Shown here: one piece after another, positions 1 through 10,938 of the stretch
How positions within the stretch are numbered: position 1 is the stretch's first letter
How the letters are laid out: every line of letters starts with the position of its first letter
Assembly (NCBI GenBank): GCA_964508345.1
Contig: CAZDTK010000002.1
Span: forward strand, 7,389 to 71,388
Reading direction: 5' to 3'
Source of the DNA: an uncultured Actinomycetes bacterium
Lineage (GTDB): Bacteria; Chloroflexota; Dormibacteria; Aeolococcales; Aeolococcaceae
DNA length: 64,000 nucleotides
Program-made: the position numbers and the translations under genes
Notes under the pieces: generated by a model
What the model was told of the DNA's origin: nothing
The model's database searches: none
The model's input: only the letters and a program-made list of their open reading frames with translations

Positions 1-127
1 CTGACCCGGCGCGAGAGTCGCGTAGGCGCGGCGCACCCGCCCCAGGGCACTGTCGCCGCAGTCGTCCTCCGCGGAGGTGAGATCGAGGTGCCCGGGCTCC
101 ATGTCGGTTCGGAGTCTACGTCCGCGG

Positions 128-1030
128 TCAGGCCGGAACCGGTTGAGGCACCTCCGCCTTCTCCACCGGCACTCCCACCGCGTTGCCCCACTCACTCCAC
201 GAGCCGTCGTAGTTGGCAACCCGCGGGTAGCCGAGCAGGTAGGTGAGGACGAACCACGTGTGCGAGGAGCGCTCGCCGATCCGGCAGTAGGTGACCACGC
301 TCTTGTCCGGGGTCACCCCGTTGGGCTCGTAGAGCTCGCGAAGCTGCTCCACGGGCTTGAAGGTGTCGTCGTCCTGGATCGTCTGGGCCCAGGGGATGTT
401 GGCCGCGCCGGGGATGTGACCGCTGCGCTGGGCGCCCTCGTTCTGGTACTCGGGCGGGGCCGAGATGGCGCCGGAGTACTCCGCGGGGGAGCGGACGTCC
501 ACCAGGGCGTGATCCGAGCGGCCGAGGATCTCGCGAACCCCGGGGAGGAACTGGCGGAGCCCGGCGGTGGGCCGGGCGGCGGTGTAGGTGGTGGCGGCCC
601 GCCGGGGAATGGCCTCGGTCACCGGCCGCCCCTCCTCGAACCACTTGCGTCGGCCGCCGTTGAGGAGCCGCACGTCGCCGTGCCCATAGATCTTGAACGT
701 CCAGAAGGCGAACGCCGCGAACCAGTTGCGCATGTCGCCGTAGAGGACCAGCGTGGTGTCGGGCTTCACCCCAAGCCGGCCGAGGAGGCTCGCGAACTGC
801 TCCTGAGACAGGATGTCGCGGCGGACCGTGTCGTTGATGTCCCGCTTCCAATCGACCAGCGCAGCTCCCGGGACGTGGCCGAGCTCATACGCGGATGCGG
901 GGTCCCAGTCCACCTCCAGGACCACGACGGCGGGGTCCTCCAGGTGCTCGGCCAGCCACTCCGTGCTGACAAGAACCTCGGGATGGGCGTAATCGGTCAC
1001 CGTGGCTCTCCTCTCATCAGTGATCGTCAC
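128..1030 (-). CDS. Thiosulfate sulfurtransferase (tandem rhodanese domains, SseA/CysA-like)
   Basis: 300 aa. Two rhodanese-like halves with the active-site region CRIGERSSH. Close to mycobacterial SseA/CysA-type sulfurtransferases. Confidence 0.85.
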   Translation of the reverse strand: MTITDERRATVTDYAHPEVLVSTEWLAEHLEDPAVVVLEVDWDPASAYELGHVPGAALVDWKRDINDTVRRDILSQEQFASLLGRLGVKPDTTLVLYGDMRNWFAAFAFWTFKIYGHGDVRLLNGGRRKWFEEGRPVTEAIPRRAATTYTAARPTAGLRQFLPGVREILGRSDHALVDVRSPAEYSGAISAPPEYQNEGAQRSGHIPGAANIPWAQTIQDDDTFKPVEQLRELYEPNGVTPDKSVVTYCRIGERSSHTWFVLTYLLGYPRVANYDGSWSEWGNAVGVPVEKAEVPQPVPA

Positions 1031-1084
1031 CGAAACCCGACCAGTCTAATCGACTTTCCCGGCGGGCGAGGCGCCGGGTCCCCA

Positions 1085-1300
1085 CGCCGCCTGCGGCGTT
1101 CCATTGGCGGGGTGAGATGAGCCCGACTGGGCCGGGCCGCCGAGGGGCGGCGAGCCCCTGTGAGAAAGGCGGGCCCCCACGCCGCCTGCGGCGTTCCATT
1201 GGCGGGGTGAGATGAGCCCGGCTGGGCCGGGCCACCGAGGGGCGGCGAGCCCCTGTGGGAAGGAGGGGCCCCACGCGGCCTGCCGCGTGGGGAGAGTAGG
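1085..1300. repeat. Intergenic tandem repeat: about 96-bp unit present twice, plus a degenerate third partial copy
   Basis: Unit 1 is roughly 1088-1183 and unit 2 roughly 1184-1279, near identical with 4-5 substitutions. Each unit carries the hairpins ACGCCGC-CT-GCGGCGT and GGGGC-GGCGA-GCCCC. A third truncated copy (CCCCACGCGGCCTGCCGCGTGGGG, a perfect 10-bp-stem hairpin) follows at about 1268-1293. Confidence 0.8.
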
Positions 1301-1335
1301 ATTGCGCGGCCCGCAGCGCTTGGGGAGAAGATCGA

Positions 1336-1583
1336 TGGAGACAACGTCCGCAGCGACCAGCGAGCCGCTCGACGAGACAGAGGTCCATGGCACGGTGGAG
1401 CTGGTCACCGAGCGGCCGATCGTGCTCCCGCGCCAGGACGGTCCCCGCGCCCGGCTCGAGGAGTTCCTCGGCGTGCGGCCGTGGCTCGTGCCGGCGGTGC
1501 TGCTCGGGGTCATCGCCGTCCTCCTCCTTCGCCAGGGACCGCGCATCGTCGTGGTCCGGCATCCGGGGCAGAGGGAGCAGTAG
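1336..1583 (+). CDS. Small hypothetical membrane protein (82 aa, one C-terminal TM helix)
   Basis: ATG start with a GGAGA upstream. Hydrophobic stretch WLVPAVLLGVIAVLLL. No recognisable family. Confidence 0.35.
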
Positions 1584-1627
1584 CAGCGGTCGGCCTCGGT
1601 ACCCCCGGCGGGGCCCGGGGCGGCCGA

Positions 1628-2671
1628 TCAGTCCCCGATGCCGAGGGCGGTGAGCAGTTCGCCGTTCTGCGCCGGGGTCCCGACGGTGATCCGGAGCCGG
1701 TCGGCGTGCTCGCCCTCCGGAAAGCGCCGGACCAGGATCCGCTGGTGGCGTAGCTCGGCGGCGATTCCCGCCGCGTCCCCCCCGGCTGGGCGGGCGAGCA
1801 CGAAGTTGGCCTGCGAGGAGATCACGTCCCAACCGGCGCCGCGCAGGGCCTCGGTCACCCGCTCGCGCTCCGCGACGACCATGTCGACGATGCGCCGGTG
1901 GTGCTCCCGGTCCGCCAGGGCGGCGGTGGCGCCGGCGATCGCCAGCCGGTCCACCGGGTAGGACTCGAGCACGGCGGCAAGGTCGGCGATCAGGTCGGGG
2001 TGTCCCAGCGCATAGCCGACGCGCAGCCCGGCCAGGGCATGGCTCTTGGCGAAGGTGCGGACCACCAGCCAGTTGTCCTGAGCGGCGAGGAGCGGCACGC
2101 ACGACTCCGGGGCGAAGTCACAGTACGCCTCGTCGATGACCACCACGGAGCGCACCGCACCCAGGCGGCGGGCGACCTCCGCGGGCGGCACCCAGGTGCC
2201 GGTCGGTGAGTTGGGGTTGCAGAGCACGCGCAGCACCCCGGGGGTGGTGGCCAGCGCCACGGGAAGACGCTCCCCCCTCCCCACCCCCACGTACTCGACG
2301 CGCGCGCCGGCGAGCCGGGCCAGCACGGCGAGCAGCGTGTAGGTGGGGCGGGTCAGGACCACGCCGTCGCCGGGATCGACGAATGCCTGGAAGCAGCACT
2401 CGAGGATCTGGTCCGCCCCATTGCCGAGCACCACCTGTTCCGGTCGCACCCCGTGGTGGAGGGCGAGAGCGGTGCGGAGGGGCTCCCCCCGGGGGTCGGG
2501 ATAGAGGCGCAGCGAGCTCGCCGCCTCGCCCACAGCGGTGGCCACCGCGGGTGAGGGCGGGAGCGGCGACTCGTTGGTGTTGAGCTTGATCCACCCCGCG
2601 GCGTCGGGCGGCTGCTCACCGGGCGTGTAGCCGAAATCGGAGCCCAGGGACTTGCGCCGGTGACCGGACAT
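1628..2671 (-). CDS. hisC: Histidinol-phosphate / aromatic aminotransferase (class II PLP aminotransferase, HisC-like)
   Basis: 347 aa. NTNESP motif near the N-terminus. PLP-lysine context TFAKSHALAGLRVGY. Conserved PNSPTG. Confidence 0.8.
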   Translation of the reverse strand: MSGHRRKSLGSDFGYTPGEQPPDAAGWIKLNTNESPLPPSPAVATAVGEAASSLRLYPDPRGEPLRTALALHHGVRPEQVVLGNGADQILECCFQAFVDPGDGVVLTRPTYTLLAVLARLAGARVEYVGVGRGERLPVALATTPGVLRVLCNPNSPTGTWVPPAEVARRLGAVRSVVVIDEAYCDFAPESCVPLLAAQDNWLVVRTFAKSHALAGLRVGYALGHPDLIADLAAVLESYPVDRLAIAGATAALADREHHRRIVDMVVAERERVTEALRGAGWDVISSQANFVLARPAGGDAAGIAAELRHQRILVRRFPEGEHADRLRITVGTPAQNGELLTALGIGD

Positions 2672-2746
2672 GACCCGGGAGTATGCGGGAGCCGGCAGCG
2701 ACGCCGGTCCAGCGGGGCGCTGAGGTACCCCTGCGGGCGCCCCGGA

Positions 2747-5194
2747 CTAGGCGACGACCGCCTCGACCTCGACGGTGGCCCCCGGGGCGGCAACGGGAAG
2801 GAGGTTGCCCTCCAAGGGGGCGCCGTCCACCGTCAGACGCTGGACGCGCCCGGTCGTCCCCGCCGGCTTGCGGACCGTGATCCGGTAGGTGGCGCCACGA
2901 AAACGCCGGGTGGCGCTGAAGCCCGGCCAGGAAGAGGGGATCACGGGATCGATGCGCAGCCCCTCGTGCTCCGGCCGGATGCCCAGGATCCACTGGGTGA
3001 TGGCCACGAAGTTCCAGGCCGCCGCCCCGGTCAGCCACGAGTTCTTGGCCTCGCCATGGCTGGGGGCGTCGGGTCCGGCGATCATCTGCGCGTACACATA
3101 CGGCTCGCAGCGGTGCAGATCGCTGATCGCCTCGCGCACGGAGGGATTGGTCCGCCGATAGCAGTCGAAGGCGCCATCGCCATCACCGGTCATCGCCTCG
3201 GCGATCATGATCCATGGGTTGGTGTGGCAGAAGATGCCGGCGTTCTCCTTGTACCCCGGCGGGTAGGAGGAGATCTCGCCCAGCTCGATGTGGTAACGGC
3301 TGTAAGCCGGTTGCAGCAGCACCACCCCGTGCTCGGTGAGCAGCCGTGCGCGAACGCTGTCGAGCGCCTGGCGGGCCCGGCCGTCATCGAGCCCGACCCC
3401 GGCCATGACGCACATACCCTGGGGCTCGATGAAGATCTGGCCCTCCTCGCAGGTGGCCGAGCCCACCGGGTTGCCGAAGAAGTCGTAGGCACGCCGGAAC
3501 CAGGCCCCGTCCCAGCCGTGCGCGGTGATGGCCGATGCCATCTCGGTCGCGCCGGCGCACAGCCGGGACGCCTCGTCGGTGTGGCCGCGCCGGCTGAGGA
3601 TTCCGGTCAGCTCCTTGGCGGCGAGCACGAACTGGCCGGCGATGAACACCGACTCGGCGACACCACCACTGCGGTTCTCGGTGGTCTGGAACGTCTCACC
3701 CGGAGTCTCGGAGAAGCAGTTGAGGTTGAGGCAGTCGTTCCAGTCGGCCCGGCCGATCAGGGGAAGCCGGTGAGGTCCGAGCCGGTCCAGCGTGTAGGCG
3801 ACGCTGCGCCGCAGATGATCGAGGAGCGGAGCCTCGGAACCCACGGCATTGTCGTACGCCACCGGCTCGTCGAGGATCGTCTGGTCGCCGGTCTCGCGCA
3901 GGTAGGCGGCGACCCCCAGCACCAGCCACAGCGGGTCATCGTTGAAGCCCGAGCCGATGTCGTTGTTTCCGCGTTTGGTGAGGGGCTGATACTGGTGGTA
4001 GGCGCCACCGCTCGCGAGCTGGGTGGCGGCGATGTCGAGGATTCGCTGGCGGGCGCGCTCCGGAATCATGTGGACGAAACCGAGCAGGTCCTGGTTGGAG
4101 TCGCGGAACCCCATTCCACGCCCAATGCCCGACTCGTAGAAGGAGGCCGACCGGCTGAGGTTGAAGGTGACCAGGCACTGGTACGCGGTCCAGGTGTTGA
4201 CCATCCGGTTGGCGTGCTCGTCGGGGGTGGTGATCTGAGCGTTGCCGAGCAGCTCGTCCCAGCGCTCGCGCAGGCCGCGCATGCCCTCCTCGACCGCCTC
4301 GGGATGGAGCCAGCGCTCGATCACCGGCGTGACGGTGCGCTTGTTGATCACCTGGCTGCCCGGCGGGTCGAACTTCTCGGCGACCGGATTCTCCCAGTAG
4401 CCGAGGCAGAAGACGATCTCGCGCTCCTCGTGCGGCCTCAGCTCGAGTCGCACGTGATGGGAGCCGTGGGGGGCCCATCCGTGAGCGATCGAGTTGCCGG
4501 CACTTCCGCGCTCGACCGCCAGCGGATGGTCGAAGCCACGCTGGGGGCCGAGGAAGGTCTCCCGCACCGTGTCGAACCCGTCCAGGGGCTCGGAGCAGGC
4601 GAAGTACGCGAAGTGGTTGCGACGCTCCCGGTACTCTGTCTTGTGGTAGATCACGCTCCCCTCCACCTCGACCTCGCCGGTGGAGAAGTTGCGCTGGAAG
4701 TTGGTGGCGTCGTCCTGCGCGTCCCATAGACAGAACTCCACCGAGGAGAACACCGAGAGAGGCTTTGAATCGGCGGTGAGGTTGCTGAGCCGCAACCGCC
4801 ACACCTCCAGGTTCTGGCCCAGGGGGACGCAGTAGAGGGTCTCGGCGCGGATGCCACCGTGGCTCGAGGCGATGGTCGTGTAGGAGAGGCCGTGACGGCA
4901 CTCGTAGTCGTCGAGCGCAGTTGGGGTGGGCTGCCAGGAGGGCGACCAGTAGTCACCGCTCGCGTCGTCGCGAAGGTAGAGATACCGTCCGCCCACGTCG
5001 AACGGGGCGTTGTTGTAGCGGTAGCGGCTCACTCGGCGCAGACGTGCGTCGCGATAGAACGAGTACCCGCCGGCGGTGTTCGAGATGATCCCGAAGTACT
5101 CCTCCATGCCCAGGTAGTTGATCCAGGGCAGGGGGGTGTCGGGCCGGGAGATCACGTACTCGCGGCGGTCGTCGTCAAAGTGTCCGAATCTCAC
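2747..5194 (-). CDS. GH94 glycoside phosphorylase (cellobiose/cellodextrin phosphorylase)
   Basis: 815 aa, the typical length. N-terminal [25 protein letters not shown] and many GH94 blocks ([24 protein letters not shown]). The length matches cellobiose phosphorylases. Confidence 0.9.
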   Translation of the reverse strand: MRFGHFDDDRREYVISRPDTPLPWINYLGMEEYFGIISNTAGGYSFYRDARLRRVSRYRYNNAPFDVGGRYLYLRDDASGDYWSPSWQPTPTALDDYECRHGLSYTTIASSHGGIRAETLYCVPLGQNLEVWRLRLSNLTADSKPLSVFSSVEFCLWDAQDDATNFQRNFSTGEVEVEGSVIYHKTEYRERRNHFAYFACSEPLDGFDTVRETFLGPQRGFDHPLAVERGSAGNSIAHGWAPHGSHHVRLELRPHEEREIVFCLGYWENPVAEKFDPPGSQVINKRTVTPVIERWLHPEAVEEGMRGLRERWDELLGNAQITTPDEHANRMVNTWTAYQCLVTFNLSRSASFYESGIGRGMGFRDSNQDLLGFVHMIPERARQRILDIAATQLASGGAYHQYQPLTKRGNNDIGSGFNDDPLWLVLGVAAYLRETGDQTILDEPVAYDNAVGSEAPLLDHLRRSVAYTLDRLGPHRLPLIGRADWNDCLNLNCFSETPGETFQTTENRSGGVAESVFIAGQFVLAAKELTGILSRRGHTDEASRLCAGATEMASAITAHGWDGAWFRRAYDFFGNPVGSATCEEGQIFIEPQGMCVMAGVGLDDGRARQALDSVRARLLTEHGVVLLQPAYSRYHIELGEISSYPPGYKENAGIFCHTNPWIMIAEAMTGDGDGAFDCYRRTNPSVREAISDLHRCEPYVYAQMIAGPDAPSHGEAKNSWLTGAAAWNFVAITQWILGIRPEHEGLRIDPVIPSSWPGFSATRRFRGATYRITVRKPAGTTGRVQRLTVDGAPLEGNLLPVAAPGATVEVEAVVA

Positions 5195-5283
5195 TACCAG
5201 CTCCTGTGGATGCGAGTGATTTGGCCGCAGGCGAACTGAGCGCTACCGCCGGCCGCCGGAGATGCCTCCCACGCGGGATACGG

Positions 5284-5300
5284 GTGTGGAACGGGTTGTG
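5284..5300. promoter_or_regulatory. Putative LacI-family operator upstream of the GH94 gene (GTGTGGAACGGGTTGTG)
   Basis: Shares the GTGTGGAA(C/A)NG core with the sites at 12980-13001 and 15586-15607. About 90 nt upstream of the GH94 start. Confidence 0.4.
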
Positions 5301-5508
5301 CAGGAGTGGCGACCCCTCACCGAGCCGGAGCCGCCCTGGGTGACATACAGACGACCCCGTGGCTCACCGGAACCGCGGGGCCGTCACGTCGTCGGGTCGG
5401 TGACCCGGCCGGCACACTGCCGGCCGGGCCCCGGCCCGCCCACCTCAGGAGGTGGGACCTATTCAGTTGTCGGTGCCGACCAGCGGGTCAGCAGGCTCAG
5501 ATGATCCC

Positions 5509-7314
5509 TTAGGACGCGACCGGAACCAGGTGCATGAGGATGTACGGGAGTTGCGGGTCGTCCGGGGACGGGTCCATGTACGGGTTGGCCGCGCTCGGCC
5601 AGCCGGTGTAGGAAGCGCTGCTGTAGACGTTCCAGTCAGCACCGTAGAGCACCGGAGCGTACGGAACCTCGGTCGCCATGATCCCCTCAAGGGTGGAGAT
5701 GGCGGAGGCGATGGTCGACTGCCCGGCCGAGGTGGTCGGGTCGGCACCCTCGTACTGCGTGAGAGCAGCCTGGGCTGCCGAGGAGTTGAACTCAGCGTAG
5801 TCACCGGCCGCGCAGTTCAGAGCGGCGGTGCAGTTGATGCTGTAGTCCAGCCAGTTGTCGAGCTGAACGAACGGGATGTTCCCACCGTTGCCCCAGTGGA
5901 GCGCGGTCTGGTACTGGCCCACGTTGATGGCGTTCTGCCACTGGGTGTAGCCGCCCGACGCGTTGTCGGTGGTCACGTCCATGCCCTCAGCCTGGAGGGT
6001 GCCCGAGATCTCGGTTGCGTCCGCCCAGTAGTCCGAGAAGGCCTCGGGGTCCCAGATGGAGAACGAGATGATCTGGCCGCCCTTGGTCCAGCAGTTGGCG
6101 ATGGTGGCGGTCCCGGTGCAGTTGCCCTCAGTGGAGGTGCCCCAGCCACTCGGCGCAGTCCAGCCGTCCGCTTCGAGGACGCTCTGGACGGTCGCGCCGG
6201 TCCACCCCGCGGGGGCGGTGGACGGAGTCGCTGCCGAGTCGGCCGGCAGGTCGTTGGTGTACGTGGCGTCCGGGTATGCGGTCAGCTGGCCGGGCATGAG
6301 CCCACCCGCCGACAGGTCCGCCGCCTCGTAACCCGACTCTCCGATGGAGGAGAGCAGGCCGCGGTCGATGCCCAGGCTGACTGCCTGGCGAACCGCCGAG
6401 TCACCGATGCCGGTGGCTCCACCGTTGCCGGAGGCAAGGTTGAAGTCGAGGGTAACCGTGTTGCCCGCGGCGAACCAGACGTGGTTCGTGTTCGGGTTCA
6501 GGTTGATGAAGTTGGCGACCACGGACGGGATGTCGTTGCCGGCCCAGTCCAGGGTCCCGTTAACCAGGGCCTCGGTCGCCGCGTTGTTGGTCGCCTCGTT
6601 GGGGACGATGACCTCCGACTCCGGAGGAGTGCCGCCCCAGTAGTGCGGGTTGGGCGCGAACTTGATCGCCTGGGTGCTGAAGCTGCTGAATTCGAACGGT
6701 CCGGTGCCCACCGGGTTCGCGACCGTGACCTTGGAGGGGTCGGTCCCGATCGGGAAGGCGCTGGCCGGCACGATGTACGTGCTGCCCAGGATCGACCAGA
6801 GGTTGGTGTACTGCGGCGTCGCGAACGTCAGGGTGACGACCTGACCGCTGACCGACGGGGCAGCGCTCTGGGTCGGAACACCGCTGTAGTCAGCGTCCGC
6901 GAACGTCTTGATGAGATCGAACGTGTTGGCCACGTCATTCGCGGTCAACGTGGTGCCGTTGCTGAACTTGACGTTCGACTTCACCGTGATGGCCAACTCC
7001 GAGCCACCGTTCTCGAAAGCGAACGAGCTCGCCAGCCACGGGTGCATCCCCGAGGAGGCTGGGTTGAGCGCGTCCATCTCATAGAGCGGCTCGTAGACCA
7101 GCGAGAGCAGGTTCAGCCCAGTTCCCGTCGAGCCGCTGTCGAACGGGTTGAAGTCCTGGGTGAACGTCGCCCCGGTGGTCGCTTCCTCGTACAGAGCCGG
7201 TCCCGTCTTGGGGGCCGCGCTGGACGAGGTTGTCGTTGAGGAGCTGCCGCAGGCCGCCGCCAACACGAGGAGGGCGGCGGATCCGACAACTACCGCAAGC
7301 TTTCCTGGCTTCAT
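5509..7314 (-). CDS. ABC transporter substrate-binding lipoprotein, family 5 (oligosaccharide/peptide type), likely cellobiose/cellodextrin binding
   Basis: 601 aa. Lipoprotein signal MKPGKLAVVVGSAALLVLAAAC-G. Ser/Thr-rich linker and an SBP_bac_5-like body. Operon context with GH94. Confidence 0.8.
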   Translation of the reverse strand: MKPGKLAVVVGSAALLVLAAACGSSSTTTSSSAAPKTGPALYEEATTGATFTQDFNPFDSGSTGTGLNLLSLVYEPLYEMDALNPASSGMHPWLASSFAFENGGSELAITVKSNVKFSNGTTLTANDVANTFDLIKTFADADYSGVPTQSAAPSVSGQVVTLTFATPQYTNLWSILGSTYIVPASAFPIGTDPSKVTVANPVGTGPFEFSSFSTQAIKFAPNPHYWGGTPPESEVIVPNEATNNAATEALVNGTLDWAGNDIPSVVANFINLNPNTNHVWFAAGNTVTLDFNLASGNGGATGIGDSAVRQAVSLGIDRGLLSSIGESGYEAADLSAGGLMPGQLTAYPDATYTNDLPADSAATPSTAPAGWTGATVQSVLEADGWTAPSGWGTSTEGNCTGTATIANCWTKGGQIISFSIWDPEAFSDYWADATEISGTLQAEGMDVTTDNASGGYTQWQNAINVGQYQTALHWGNGGNIPFVQLDNWLDYSINCTAALNCAAGDYAEFNSSAAQAALTQYEGADPTTSAGQSTIASAISTLEGIMATEVPYAPVLYGADWNVYSSASYTGWPSAANPYMDPSPDDPQLPYILMHLVPVAS

Positions 7315-7513
7315 CTAGCTACACGATCTCCATGAGGCCCGGCCGGTTGCGACCGGGCACTGCGGATGAGATACGCCGACGGATCGGGCGCCACGGAGAC
7401 CGCTGGGAGCGGCACCATCCCCTTCGGGAGGGGCCGACCCTGCCTCCGCTCGCCCCTCGGGGCCGGCGAGGCCCGAGAAGCTATCCCATGCTCCGTTCCT
7501 CCTCAGTCCTCCT

Positions 7514-8614
7514 CTAGGTGGTGCTTATCGGTTGACGCGGCCGCGGGCCGCCGGTGGGTGCATCGGTGTTTGCCAGCGGCTCCGCGCCGTCCTCGACGCG
7601 CCGCTGGGCGGGGTCCACGTGGAGCCAGCAGCTGGCGGCGTGGCCGGCCGCGACGCTCACGCTCGGGGGAGCCTTGGCACTGCAGATCGCCATGGCGTGG
7701 GGGCAACGGGGGTGGAAGCGGCAGCCGCTCGGCGGGGCGATGAGGCTGGGCGGGGCGCCGCTGCCGGCCAGGCTCGGCGGCTCGAGCCGATCCGGGTCGG
7801 GGGCGGCGGAGAGGAGCAGCTGCGTGTAGGGGTGCGCCGGGTTGTCGGTCAAGCGGGCGCTCGGCGCCACCTCCACCACCTGGCCCGCATACATCACGCA
7901 GATGGTGTCGGCGAGGTAGCGCGCCGAGGCGATGTCGTGGGTGACGTAGAGGATGGCCAGGTGCTCACGGTCGCGCAGGTCGGCGAGCAGGTTGAGCAGG
8001 CCGAGGCGGATCGAGACGTCGAGCATCGAGACCGGCTCGTCGGCGAGCAGCACCCGGGGCTGGGCCGCCAGGGCGCGGGCGATGGCGACGCGCTGGCGCT
8101 GACCGCCGGAGAGCTCGTGCGGGAACTTCGGGCTGTACTGCTCGGCCGGGTCGAGGTGGACGCGGTGGAGCAGCTCGGCGATGGCGGTGTCCGGATCCTC
8201 GCCGTGCAGGCCGTGGATCTTGAGCGGCCGGATGAGGGTGTAGCGGACCCGGTGGATGGGGTTGAGCGAGGCGAACGGGTCCTGGAAGACCATCTGGACC
8301 TGGCGCGCGTAGCTGCGCGGCCGCCCCTTCGGCGCCGGCTCGCCGTCGAGCAGGACCTCGCCCTTGTCCGGGTTGATAATCTTGGCAAGCATGCGGGCGA
8401 CCGTGGTCTTGCCAGAGCCGCTCTCCCCGACCAGGGCGGTCACGGTCCCGGCGGCCAGGGCGACGGACACCCTGTCCACGGCGAAAAGGCGTGCCTCCCC
8501 CGAGAACAGGCCCCTGCCGCGGCGGACCGAGAAGTACTTGGTGATCTCGCGCCCCTCGAGCACGGGGCGCACGGCCGCGGGATCGGTCGGGGTCTGCAGC
8601 GCGCCGGCGCTCAT
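7514..8614 (-). CDS. ABC transporter ATP-binding protein (OppF/DppF-like)
   Basis: Walker [10 protein letters not shown], signature [15 protein letters not shown], Walker B LLADEP. C-terminal oligopeptide-type extension with a Cys cluster. Confidence 0.9.
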   Translation of the reverse strand: MSAGALQTPTDPAAVRPVLEGREITKYFSVRRGRGLFSGEARLFAVDRVSVALAAGTVTALVGESGSGKTTVARMLAKIINPDKGEVLLDGEPAPKGRPRSYARQVQMVFQDPFASLNPIHRVRYTLIRPLKIHGLHGEDPDTAIAELLHRVHLDPAEQYSPKFPHELSGGQRQRVAIARALAAQPRVLLADEPVSMLDVSIRLGLLNLLADLRDREHLAILYVTHDIASARYLADTICVMYAGQVVEVAPSARLTDNPAHPYTQLLLSAAPDPDRLEPPSLAGSGAPPSLIAPPSGCRFHPRCPHAMAICSAKAPPSVSVAAGHAASCWLHVDPAQRRVEDGAEPLANTDAPTGGPRPRQPISTT

Positions 8615-9768
8615 TTGGAGATCCTCCGGCCCGAGGACGGCAGGGCGCCCAGTCGCAGCGCCCCGGCGCCCGGATCGGGAAGGGCCAGCTCGGCCGGAAC
8701 GGTGGCGTCGCCGGAGTGCAGCCAGCAGGCCGCCTCCCGGCCGGAGCCGTCGAGGCGGGTGAGCAGAGGAACCTCCTTGCGGCAGCGCTCCATCGCCCAG
8801 GGGCAGCGGGGGTGGAAGGCGCAGCCGGACGGCAGCGCCCGGAGGTCGGGCGGCGACCCGGGGATCCCCTCCATCGGCAGGCGTTCCCCGTGCATCGGCG
8901 GGAAGCAGTGGAGCAGGCCGTGGGTGTAGGGAACCCGGGGAGCCCGGAAGAGCGAGGTCGCCGGCGCGCGCTCCATCAGCCGGCCGGCGTACATGACCAC
9001 GATCTCGTCGGCGAGCTCGACCAGCAGGGAGAGGTCGTGGGTGATGAAGAGGGCGGCGAATCCGAGCCGGTCGCGCAGCCCCATCAGCTCCTCGAGGATC
9101 TCCCGCTGGGTCACCACGTCGAGGGCCGTTGTCGGCTCGTCCAGGATCATGACCTGGGGCTCCAGGGCGAGAGCCATGGCGATCATCGCCCGCTGGCGCA
9201 TACCCCCGGAGAGCTCGTGGGAGTAGCTGCGCAGACGGTCCGCGGTCATCCCGACCATCTCCAGGAGCTGGCCCGCCTTCTCCCAGCGCTCCGCCGATGA
9301 GAGCTGGGGACGGTGGACCTTCAGCATGTCGTCGAACTGGGCACCGATCGAGATGACGGGGTTGAGGGCGTTGAGCGCGCTCTGGAAGACGACCGAGATC
9401 TCCGACCAGCGCACCTTGCGCAGCTCCGCCTCATCCGCCCGCAGCAGGTCCACGGTCTCCCGCGCGCCACTGCCGCTCGTAGGCTTGGAGTGGAAGAGCA
9501 CCTCTCCTGACGTGATCACACCGGGGGCACGGAGCAGCCGGATCGCGGCCATCGCCAGGGTGGACTTGCCGCTGCCGCTCTCTCCGGCGAGCCCCAGAAC
9601 CTGGCCCCTGTGGAGCACCAGGTCACAGTCCACCACCGCATGCACGGCCTCGGTACCGAAGCCGTAGTCGACGCTCAGGTCGTGGATCTCCAGCACAGGT
9701 TCGGCCTGGCTGATCGACCGCGTCTCGGAGACGAGCGGAGGCGAGGCTGGGCGCGGGCTCAGGGTCAT
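8611..9768 (-). CDS. ABC transporter ATP-binding protein (OppD/DppD-like)
   Basis: Walker [35 protein letters not shown]. The real start is MTLSPRP, which overlaps the upstream permease stop (ATGA). The listed ORF is N-terminally over-extended. Confidence 0.85.
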   Translation of the reverse strand: MTLSPRPASPPLVSETRSISQAEPVLEIHDLSVDYGFGTEAVHAVVDCDLVLHRGQVLGLAGESGSGKSTLAMAAIRLLRAPGVITSGEVLFHSKPTSGSGARETVDLLRADEAELRKVRWSEISVVFQSALNALNPVISIGAQFDDMLKVHRPQLSSAERWEKAGQLLEMVGMTADRLRSYSHELSGGMRQRAMIAMALALEPQVMILDEPTTALDVVTQREILEELMGLRDRLGFAALFITHDLSLLVELADEIVVMYAGRLMERAPATSLFRAPRVPYTHGLLHCFPPMHGERLPMEGIPGSPPDLRALPSGCAFHPRCPWAMERCRKEVPLLTRLDGSGREAACWLHSGDATVPAELALPDPGAGALRLGALPSSGRRISK

Positions 9769-10934
9769 CGAACTGGCCCTCCCGCGCCGTCGCGGGCGGC
9801 GAGCGCCGAGGCGGAGCGCGCGCGCGCATTCTTGGTGCCCATCACCGGGGTGAAGCCGAGCGTCGGCCGGAAGCTGATCCCCGCCTTGCGAGCGGACTTG
9901 CGGCTGAGCCCGGCGGCCCGCAGCCGCGGGTTGATGAACTCGTCCATCCCGAAGTTGAGCAGGGCCAGGGCGGTGCCGACCAGGGCGATGCAGATTCCCG
10001 GAGGCACCCACCACCACCAGTAGCCACTGGTGACGGCGCCGTTGTCGAAGACCTGCTCCAGCATGATGCCCCAGTTCCAGGGACCCGGCGGCGAGGAGGT
10101 GGGAACACCTGCCAACCCGAGGAAGGCCAGCGAGATGTAGGCGCCGATCGCGTAGAGGGTGGTGAAGAGGAAAGAGGAGGCGATGATCGGCAACAGGTTC
10201 GGCATCACCTCGGCGAGGATGATCCGCAACCGGCTCTCCCCCGAGACCCGCGCGGCCTCCACGAAGTCGCGGTTGCGCAGCGAGAGGGTCTGCGCCCTCA
10301 GCACGCGGGAGCCGTACGCCCAGCCGGTGAGGGCGACGATCAAACCGATGACGATGACGCTGGTGTCCGCCCCCGGCACGTAGGTGGCGAGCACGATGAG
10401 CAGCGGCAGCCCGGGGATGGCCAGGAAGACGTTGGAGAGGAGCGAGAGGCCCTCGTCGGCGTTGCCGCCCAGGTATCCGGCGCTGACCCCGACCAGTATT
10501 GATAGCGCGGTCGCCACCAGACCGGCGAGGAAGGCGACCACGAGCGTGGGCCGGGTCGAGGCGAGCAGCTGGGACCAGACGTCACCGCCCAGCAGCGTGG
10601 TGCCCAACGGGTGGCTGGCCGAGGGTCCGAAGGGGACCTCGAGAGCGAGGTTGGTCCCAGACACGTGCGTGATGGGATTGGGCGTGCTGATGCAGGCGTA
10701 GGGGCCCTGCTGGCAGACGATCTTCAGCCAACTCAGGTGGATGGCATTGGGGCTGTACGGCTCGATGATCGGGCCGATGATGGCGACGATGGCGAAGACG
10801 ATGAGGATGACCAGCCCGATGATGACCTTGGGGGAGCGCGGTATCCGGAGCACCCGGGAGGGGCGGCCCTCGGGCGGGGGCTCCGAGGCGGGGGCGACCC
10901 CGGCGTTGGCCAGGGAGGTGAGACCGGTGCTCAT
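9765..10934 (-). CDS. ABC transporter permease (OppC/DppC-like)
   Basis: N-terminal extension followed by 6 TM helices. BPD_transp_1 core with the EAA-like ARVSGESRLRIILAEVMPN loop. Confidence 0.85.
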   Translation of the reverse strand: MSTGLTSLANAGVAPASEPPPEGRPSRVLRIPRSPKVIIGLVILIVFAIVAIIGPIIEPYSPNAIHLSWLKIVCQQGPYACISTPNPITHVSGTNLALEVPFGPSASHPLGTTLLGGDVWSQLLASTRPTLVVAFLAGLVATALSILVGVSAGYLGGNADEGLSLLSNVFLAIPGLPLLIVLATYVPGADTSVIVIGLIVALTGWAYGSRVLRAQTLSLRNRDFVEAARVSGESRLRIILAEVMPNLLPIIASSFLFTTLYAIGAYISLAFLGLAGVPTSSPPGPWNWGIMLEQVFDNGAVTSGYWWWWVPPGICIALVGTALALLNFGMDEFINPRLRAAGLSRKSARKAGISFRPTLGFTPVMGTKNARARSASALAARDGAGGPVR

Positions 10935-10938
10935 CGGA

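Noticed and set aside
77-1120. 347-aa + strand ORF covering the start of the window
   Set aside because: It lies entirely antisense to the well-supported rhodanese gene (128..1030, minus strand). Its translation is low-complexity Arg/Gly/Pro-rich, typical of a GC-frame artefact.
5452-7239. 595-aa + strand ORF
   Set aside because: Antisense to the family-5 substrate-binding protein gene. Gly/Arg/Val-rich composition with no domain signal.
7532-8929. 465-aa + strand ORF and several other long ORFs antisense to the ABC ATPase and permease genes (e.g. 10741..11991, 11897..12685)
   Set aside because: They overlap strongly supported transporter genes on the opposite strand and have artefactual composition.
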